Shown: positions 56,946 through 64,000 of the stretch, in pieces
Layout of the letters: the number at the start of each line of letters is the position of its first letter
How positions within the stretch are numbered: position 1 is the first letter of the stretch
Assembly: GCF_020745735.1 (NCBI RefSeq)
Contig: NC_083437.1
Location: 24,242,001 to 24,306,000, forward strand
Origin: Hemiscyllium ocellatum
Taxonomy: Eukaryota
Direction: 5' to 3'
Length of the DNA stretch: 64,000 nt
Notes under the pieces: generated by a model
Databases searched by the model: none
Told to the model about the DNA's origin: nothing
The model's input: only the letters and a program-made list of their open reading frames with translations
Translations under genes and position numbers: made by a program

Positions 56946-58445
56946 ATGGCGCCGGTTCAGGTGTCAGCCAACCTCAGAGCTATGGCCTCAGCAGCCGCTC
57001 GCAGCCCTGGCCAGGGCATTCGCAACACAGTCAGGGTGACTGTGAAGAAAGTGGAGGAGCACACACCGGTCAATCGGACGGTGTTTGTGAAGAAGGTTTT
57101 GCTGGAGTGCTGTGGGTTTGCAGCAGCGGACGTGTACTGCCTGCAGGATTTCCCTGGGGCAGGCTACTTCGACGTGATCTTCAGGAGCGTGAAGCATTGT
57201 GAGCAGCTCCTGAAGGTCTTCAAGGAGAAGGAAGGGGAACCTCTGTTCTCCATCTTGTCGGCGGTCCCGTTGTGTGTGCTTCCTGCGCAGAGGAGTCGGG
57301 TTGTTACAATCCAAATGTACAACCCTTACGTCCCAGCGGCAGATGTTCTCACCTTCTTGAAGAGGTATGTCCAGGTGGAAGGAGAAAGCACCAATGTGGT
57401 CGATCCTTTCGGGATCTGGACCAGCAAAAGACAGGTCAAGGTAACCCTGAGGGTCGATGGCAGCGGGAACATCCTCCACCCACCCTCCAGCTTCGCCATC
57501 GGAGGAAGCAGAGGCTACCTGACGTACGCTGGGCAGCCGAAGGTGTGCCAAACCTGCGGGAGGTCAGGCCACATGGTGGCCGACTGTAAGGTGACCGTAT
57601 GCCGAAATTGCAAGCAGGAAGGCCACCTGACCAAGGATTGTAAGGAGGCCAAGAACTGTAACCTGTGCGGAGAGGCGGGCCACATGTACAAGGCCTGTCC
57701 AAGACGAGGAGCCGCCACTTACGCACAGATGGCCGGAGGTGGCAACACGAGCCGGGGACTGCCAAAGCCCAGCAGGGCACCACAAGATAGCACGGAAACG
57801 GTGCCTGGAGGCACCCAGAAGGAAGAGCAGGCGGTAGTGGAGCAGACGGCAGACAGCGGGGAGGTGCAGCAGCCGATCCAAGCTCCTTCAAGGCAGACGG
57901 AGGAAATGGAAGAGGAGGAATCAAAGGAGGCAGAGGACTGGATCACAGTCAAAAACAGGAAGAGGAAACCTCTCGGGGGCCCCAAAGCCACGCAGAGAAG
58001 GGGGAAACGACACCTGCAAGTCGAAGATACAGGCAGCTCTTCCGATGGTGAGGACGGGCGCAAGAAGGGTCGCCACCAGAGGAAGAGACAGAGCGCCGTG
58101 GGGAGAAAGGAGGGCAGCACCACCCAGGAAGGGAAAGACGATCCCTCTGTCGGGATGGGTAAAGGCCTCCCCCGACCCGGTGAGAACCAAGAGTTACCCA
58201 CCGGGCCACAGCTCCAGGTAACTGGGAGCAGCCGTCCTGTGACAGCCCCGCTGTCAGATGGAGAACTGGACGGTGCAGACCCTGGGCTCGACACAAAGAC
58301 ACCAGAGCGGGGAAATGGCTCCAGCGTGGAGCCAGACAGCTACCTCAGCCCTGGATGGTCCAGCAGTTTGCCGTCACCACGGAGATGCACACAGCTACCC
58401 CAGAGGGGCAAGACCAGCAGCAAATGGACACTGTTAACCTTGTAA
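56946..58445 (+). CDS. Tx1 ORF1, nucleic-acid-binding protein with three CCHC knuckles (ZCCHC3-like)
   Basis: CQTCGRSGHMVADC, CRNCKQEGHLTKDC, CNLCGEAGHMYKAC; upstream DPFGIWT and RGYLTYAGQPK; low-complexity C-terminus. Confidence 0.88.
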   Translation: MAPVQVSANLRAMASAAARSPGQGIRNTVRVTVKKVEEHTPVNRTVFVKKVLLECCGFAAADVYCLQDFPGAGYFDVIFRSVKHCEQLLKVFKEKEGEPLFSILSAVPLCVLPAQRSRVVTIQMYNPYVPAADVLTFLKRYVQVEGESTNVVDPFGIWTSKRQVKVTLRVDGSGNILHPPSSFAIGGSRGYLTYAGQPKVCQTCGRSGHMVADCKVTVCRNCKQEGHLTKDCKEAKNCNLCGEAGHMYKACPRRGAATYAQMAGGGNTSRGLPKPSRAPQDSTETVPGGTQKEEQAVVEQTADSGEVQQPIQAPSRQTEEMEEEESKEAEDWITVKNRKRKPLGGPKATQRRGKRHLQVEDTGSSSDGEDGRKKGRHQRKRQSAVGRKEGSTTQEGKDDPSVGMGKGLPRPGENQELPTGPQLQVTGSSRPVTAPLSDGELDGADPGLDTKTPERGNGSSVEPDSYLSPGWSSSLPSPRRCTQLPQRGKTSSKWTLLTL

Positions 58446-61400
58446 ATTGTTAAAATGGGGTTTAAAATTGCCAGCATCAATGTGCGTAGCATCAAATTGG
58501 CTACGCGATGTGTTTTTACGATGGCCTTCCTGGCCAGCGTTAAAGCTGACCTCCTGTTTCTGCAGGAGTGTGGGATATCGCACCTCAGCAGCTACAGGAG
58601 ATGGTCGAGCTTGTGGACCCATGGGCCGTCAGTTTGGTTGGGGGGGCAACGATAGCCGCGCCTCCGGCCTGGGTATCCTGTTGCGAGGAAGCAACTTCAT
58701 CATCTCCGAGGTTAAGGAGGTGGTGGGCGGGAGGCTCCTCGTCGCCGACGTTATGTACAAGAATGCTCCCCTGAGACTGATCAATGTGTACGCCCCAGTG
58801 GGTAAGAGTGAACGGTTGGCCGTCCTGCAGCAGCTTCCACTGTTGCTGGCTACGTCCAGGCCGGTCATTCTGGCCGGAGACTTCAACTGTATCATTGATG
58901 CAGATGGACAATCCGGCGGGGGGGACAGTAAACTGGACGCCACGTCCAGAGCCCTGATGGACATGGTAAAAGATGCCAAGCTGCATGACGTCTTCAGCAC
59001 CCCTGCAGACGGAGCGCAGTGTAGAAACACCTGGTCACGGGCAGACGGGTCTATCCGCTCAAGGATAGATTACCTGTTTGTGTCCCGAACGCTCTCGGTC
59101 AGATCCACCGACGTCAAGCCGGTGTTCTTCTCGAACCACTGCCTCCTGCTGGCCGACTGTCACCTACAGGACGAGCAGTGGACGGGTAAGGAAACGTGGA
59201 AGCTGAACACAAAACTGTTGACCCTGGGAAACATTGAGGAGCTCAAGAGGGACTACGCAGGTTGGAGAACCATGAAGCCCCTCTTTGAGTCTCCAGCAGA
59301 CTGGTGGGAAGTTAAAGGGAACATCAAGAGGTTCTTCATCCATAAAAGTGTTCAGGAGGCGAGAGAGAGGCGGGGAAAACTGTCCCAGCTCCAGGAAAGT
59401 ATGCAGAACCTGCTCCTGCTGCAGACGATGGGGGTCGATGTCACGGAGGACCTCAAGGAGGTGAAGGGCCAGCAAGCCTCGCTCTTTTCCTCGGAGGCTT
59501 CCAAGATAATCTTCCGGTCCAGGGTCCGCTCGGTGGAGCAGGACGAGATGTGCTCACGTTTCTTCTTCCAGAAGGTGCACAAAGAGAGCTCTGTGCTCAG
59601 CAGCCTGAAGGAAGAAGATGGCTCGATAACGTCATCTCAGGCTGACGTCATGAGGATCAGTAAATCCTTCTATGCCAGTCTGTATGACGTGAAGCCGACC
59701 GACAGCGCGGCCTCCCAGTCGTTCCTGTCGTCTATCACGGAGGTCTTAGACGACAGAACACGCGAGAGGCTGGACCAGCCGCTATCTCTGGATGAGCTGA
59801 CCCAGGCCCTCGAGTCCTTCGAAAAGAATAAAACTCCCGGAAGCGATGGCTTACCGGTCGAGCTCTATTCCGCTCTGTGGGACATGATTGGCCAGGACCT
59901 GCTGGAGGTGTATCTCAGTATGCTTCAGGCGGGTACCATGAGCGAATCCATGAGGAAAGGCATCATCACCCTCATCTACAAGCGGAAGGGGGAGAGGGAG
60001 GAACTCAAAAATTGGAGACCAATCACACTGTTGAATGCGGATTACAAAATCCTGTCAAAGGTAATCGCCAACCGGGTCAGGTCTGCTCTGGGGTCGGTGA
60101 TTCACCCTGACCAAACCTGTGCTGTGCCAGGCAGGAAGATCGCTGAGAGTCTCGCACTCCTCAGAGATACGATCGCCTACGTGCAGGACAGAGGGTTGGA
60201 CGCCTGCCTGATCAGCCTGGACCAGGAGAAAGCCTTTGACAGGATATCACACAGGTATATGAGAGATGTTCTCTCCAAAATGGGCTTTGGGGAGGGAATC
60301 TGCAATTGGATCAGACTGCTCTACACCAACATTGTCAGTGCAGCCTCAATCAATGGGTGGGAATCAGATAGCTTCCCAGTCAGATCTGGACTCAGGCAGG
60401 GCTGCCCTCTCTCTCCTGCCTTGTTTGATTGCTGCATAGAGCCATTTGCCGAGTCCATCAGGAAGGATGCGAGCCTGAGAGGGGTGACTATTCCTGGCAG
60501 CGGGGGCCTGCAGGTTAAGACCTCCCTGTACATGGATGACGTCGCCGTTTTCTGCTCGGATCCGCTGTCCGTGCGCAGACTCATGTGCATTTGTGACCAG
60601 TTCGAACGGGCCTCGGGGGCCAAGGTAAACCGAGGCAAGAGCGAGGCCATGCTCTTCGGGAACTGCGCCGACCAATCCTTGATCCCCTTCACCGTCAGGA
60701 CCGACCACCTGAAGGTGCTGGGTATTTGGTTCGGGGGGGCTGGGGTGTGCGCCAAGTCTTGGGAGGAGTGTATCAGTAAAGTGAGGCAGAAACTGGGCAG
60801 ATGGAGGCTACGGTCACTCTCCATCATGGGAAAAAACCTGGTCATCAGGTGTGAGGCACTGTCATTGCTGTTGTACGTGGCACAGGTCTGGCCTATTCCC
60901 AGAACATGCGCCGCTGCATATGGAGTTCAAAGATGGACCGGGTCCGAAGGGACTCGCTATACAAAGATCTGGGCAACGGGGGAAAAAATACACCCAATGC
61001 CACCCTCACCCTGATGGCCACCTTTGTGTGTGGCTGCATCAAGCTGTGCGTGGATCCCCGGTACGCAAACACCAAGTGTCACTACGTACTGAGGTTCTAC
61101 CTGTCCCCGGTGTTGCGAAGGATGGGCCTGGCCTCGCTGCCGCGGAACGCTCCGAGTAGTTGGACCGTTCCTTACCACCTGTCCTTCGTGGAGAAATTTT
61201 TGAAGAAAAACACCTTTGATCACAAGTCCATCAGGAAGTGGTCAGCACATAGCATCCTTGAGACCCTTCGGGAAAAGGAGAGGGTGGATCCTGTCGAGTG
61301 GTTCCCTGAGCAGACTGTCAAAGCAATTTGGCAGAATGCCTCATCGCCAGAACTTTCCAACAAGCACCAAGACATGGCTTGGCTGGTGGTGAGAAGGGCT

Positions 61401-62051
61401 CTACCTGTGAGATCATTTATGCACGCCCGGACTCTCAGCCGCACCGCACGCTGCCCTCGAAGTGGCTGCGGGGGGGGGGGGAAGAGACTGTCACACACCT
61501 CCTTCTGGAATGTGCCTATGCAGAGGAAGTCTGGAGAGGAATGCAGTGGTATTTGTTGAGGTTCGTCCCGAGCAGCGCCGTGACGCGGGACTCCGTGCTC
61601 TATGGCCTGTTCCCCGGGACGCACACCGAGACGAACATCAACTGCGCCTGGAGGATCATCAACTCGGTGAAGGACGCTCTCTGGGTGGTCCGAAACCTGT
61701 TGATCTTCCAGCTGAAGGAGCTGACCCCGACTGAGTGTTGCAGACTGACACATTCCAAGGTCCAGGACTACGTGTTGAGGGACGCGCTGAAGCTTGGGGC
61801 AGCTGCCGCCAAGGTGCGGTGGGGAAAGACCACCATGTAACATCTGCCTGTCTAAAGAAGATCAGGGGGCCCTGCAGTCATTTGGGCTCTGCTGACGCCT
61901 CAGCTCAATATGTGAGTGAGAAATGCACAGATCTGTATGTAATAATGAAAATCCTGAGCTGTGTATGTAAATGTTGACATATGTATGGCATTACCAAATG
62001 TACAGTGTATCAAATATTTTATGAATAAAGTATATTTTTGAAATAAAAGAA
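56947..62051 (+). mobile_element. Near full-length Tx1-clade (L1 group) non-LTR retrotransposon, ~5.1 kb
   Basis: Two ORFs, AATAAA plus A-rich tail (62024..62051), 13-bp TSD aacact(c/g)caggga at 56934..56946 and 62052..62064; GC/CpG-rich relative to flanks. Confidence 0.93.
58455..61840 (+). pseudogene. Tx1 ORF2 (APE endonuclease, RT, C-terminal Zn finger), three frameshifts
   Basis: SINV, LQE, NVYAP, GDFN, RIDY, SNH; DQEKAFD, RQGCPLSP, YMDD; CPRSGC...HLLLEC. Shifts at G7 (58640..58646), ~60918 and G12 (61470..61481). Confidence 0.9.
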
Positions 62052-62783
62052 AACACTGCAGGGAAAACAGCCCCAGCTATTCAGTCTCTCCCTGTAGCTC
62101 AAATCCTCCAATCCTGGCAACATCCTTGTAAATCTTTTGTGAACTCTTTCAAGTTTCACAACATCCTTCTGATAGGAGGGAGACCAGAATTGCACACAAT
62201 ATTCCAAAAGTGGCCTAACCAATGTTCTGTACAGCTGCAATATGACCTTCCAACTCCTATACTTAATGCTCTGTCCAATAACGGAAAGCCTGCTTCATTA
62301 TTCTATCTTCCTGTGACTCTACTTCCAAGGAACTATGAACCTGCACTCCAAGGTCTCTTTGTTCAGCAACAGTCCTCAGGACCTTACCATTAAGTGTATA
62401 AGTCCTGCTCTGATTTGTCTTTCCAAAATGCAGCACCTAATTTATCTAAATTAAACTCCATCCGCCACTCCTCAGCCCATTGGCCCGTCTGATCAGATCC
62501 CGTTGTACTCTGAGGTAACCTTCTTCGCTGTCCAATACACCTCCCAATTTTGGTGTCATCTGCAAACTTACTAATGATACCGTCGATGTTCAAATCCAAG
62601 ATGCACTGGTTCTAATTTTCCAAAATTCCCTTCATTCAGGACAGCTCTGTTAGATTGGCAAAAAAAACAAATATAACTAATTGAAAAGGGAGGAGCATAT
62701 AAAACAGTAAAGAATAGGCCTGTTAGCTTAATATCTGCCAGAGGGAAAATGTTAGGGGCTAATATTAAAGAAATTGTAATAGG

Positions 62784-63099
62784 TTAGATTAGATTAGACT
62801 TACAGTGTGGAAACAGGCCCTTCGGCCCAACAAGTCCACACCGACCCGCCGAAGCGCAACCCACCCATACCCCTACATTTACCACTTACCTAACACTACG
62901 GGCAATTTAGCTTGGCCAATTCACCTGACCCGCACATCTTTGTGACTGTGGGAGGAAACCGGAGCACCCGGAGGAAACCCACGCAGACACGGGGAGAATG
63001 TGCAAACTCCACACAGTCAGTCGCCTGAGTCGGGAATTGAACCCGGGTCTACAGGCGCTGTGAGGCAGCAGTGCTAACCACTGTGCCACCGTGCCGCCC
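62784..63099 (-). mobile_element. Young HE1-type SINE
   Basis: GGGCGGCACGGTGGCACAGTGGTTAGC head, GGTTCAATTCC B box, (TCTAA)n tail; CpGs retained. Confidence 0.9.
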
Positions 63100-64000
63100 A
63101 CAAAACTTTGATAAGTTCAATGTAATTAGTGAGAGTCAACACGGTTTTGTGAAAGATATATCATATTGAACCAACTTATTGGAGTTCTTTGAAGAAGTAA
63201 ATGTGATATGGATCAACGGGAACTAATGAATGTACTTAATTTAGATTTCTTGAAGGCATTTGATAAGGTTATTGTGGACAATGAGTGCCCATGGTGTATG
63301 TGGTAACATAATGGCATGGATAGAAGTTGACTGGATAACAGAAAAGAAAGAGTAGACATAAATGTTTACTCTTGTCAAAAAGATATAAGAAGTGGTGGGC
63401 CATCCCATTCCAAGGTCAATGATGGGGTATAAACATTTTACTATATATACGTGTAAGTGATTTGATGGAGAGATCAAAGGTATGGCTGCTAAATTTACTG
63501 ATGTCACAAAGGTAGGTAGGAACGTTTGAAAATTGCAGAAATGGGGTAAGATTGGATAGGCTAGGGTAGGATTCCCTAAAAACAGAGAAGGCTAATGGAT
63601 TACAATCGAGATGCACAAAATAAAGAGGGACAAGGAAGACCACTTTCTCCAGTGAAGAGGTCAACTACCGGGGGCACAAATTTACTGTGATTCGTGGAAG
63701 GATTAGAGGGGACATGAAGAAAACGTTTGCATCTTGAGGGTAGAATTCATTGCCTAGTATGCAGTGTCCTGAGACTGCGCATGAAGCTTCGTAACCCACA
63801 TGGCTATAGACCAGGCATGAGAAAATATGTAGTTTAGTATGCTGGTGCAGACATGATGGGTTGAATGGCCACTTTCTGTGCTATAATTTTTCTATGGTTC
63901 TAGTAAGTCATGAACTGGACAAAGGAAGGCAGCGGAGATATAGACTGAGTGGTCAATGATCTGGCAGATGTAATATAATGTAGGGAACCTTGAAATTGTC

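Larger units (their letters stand above)
56579..62619 (-). mobile_element. CR1 3' fragment split by the Tx1 insertion
   Basis: 62019..62240 [10 protein letters not shown] continues into 56662..56919 TRGHSF...WNKLPEEVVE; ctatgac tail. Confidence 0.85.
56095..63905 (+). mobile_element. Old CR1 host element broken by later insertions (segments ~56095..56578, 62620..62783, 63100..63905)
   Basis: GPDGLHPRVLKEVA continues after 62620, then QHGF and KAFD remnants after the SINE. Confidence 0.7.

Noticed and set aside
58447-58646. N-terminus of the 855-aa ORF (MLKWGLKLP...)
   Set aside because: Wrong frame. The real APE start is MGFKIASINV at 58455 and joins this frame only after the G7 shift.
56988-61843. 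Many overlapping and antisense ORFs across the Tx1 element
   Set aside because: Shadow frames of GC-rich coding sequence with no recognisable motifs.
1-64000. CRISPR array or prokaryotic defence system
   Set aside because: No regularly spaced repeat-spacer array or operon-like genes; this is intron-rich vertebrate DNA.

Overview
Vertebrate genomic DNA, most likely a shark or other elasmobranch (inferred from HE1-type SINEs, dense CR1 LINEs and Penelope tails). It contains the complete 17-coding-exon INTS11 (CPSF3L) gene on + (CDS 10198..45075, 1806 nt, 601 aa, catalytic motifs intact, one GC-AG intron). INTS11 is head-to-head with the first coding exon of CPTP (- strand, 8260..8378) across a compact CpG-rich bidirectional promoter. 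Downstream, convergent with INTS11, is a single-coding-exon P2Y/LPAR6-like orphan GPCR (- strand, 50720..51730). The rest is nested mobile DNA: a young, nearly full-length Tx1-clade LINE whose ORF1 resembles mammalian ZCCHC3; a Penelope fragment and a ~1.2 kb quasi-palindromic Penelope-derived element; about a dozen short Penelope-tail elements, nine with a still-readable minimal hammerhead ribozyme core; a Gmr1-type Gypsy element with a nested solo LTR and CR1s; and Harbinger, RTE, L2, Tigger-like and SINE relics. The best leads are the hammerhead mini-elements, the ZCCHC3-like Tx1 ORF1, a degenerate duplicate of INTS11 exon 3, and the orphan GPCR. I found no clearly new multi-gene system. 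All alignments to known proteins were done by eye from remembered sequences.
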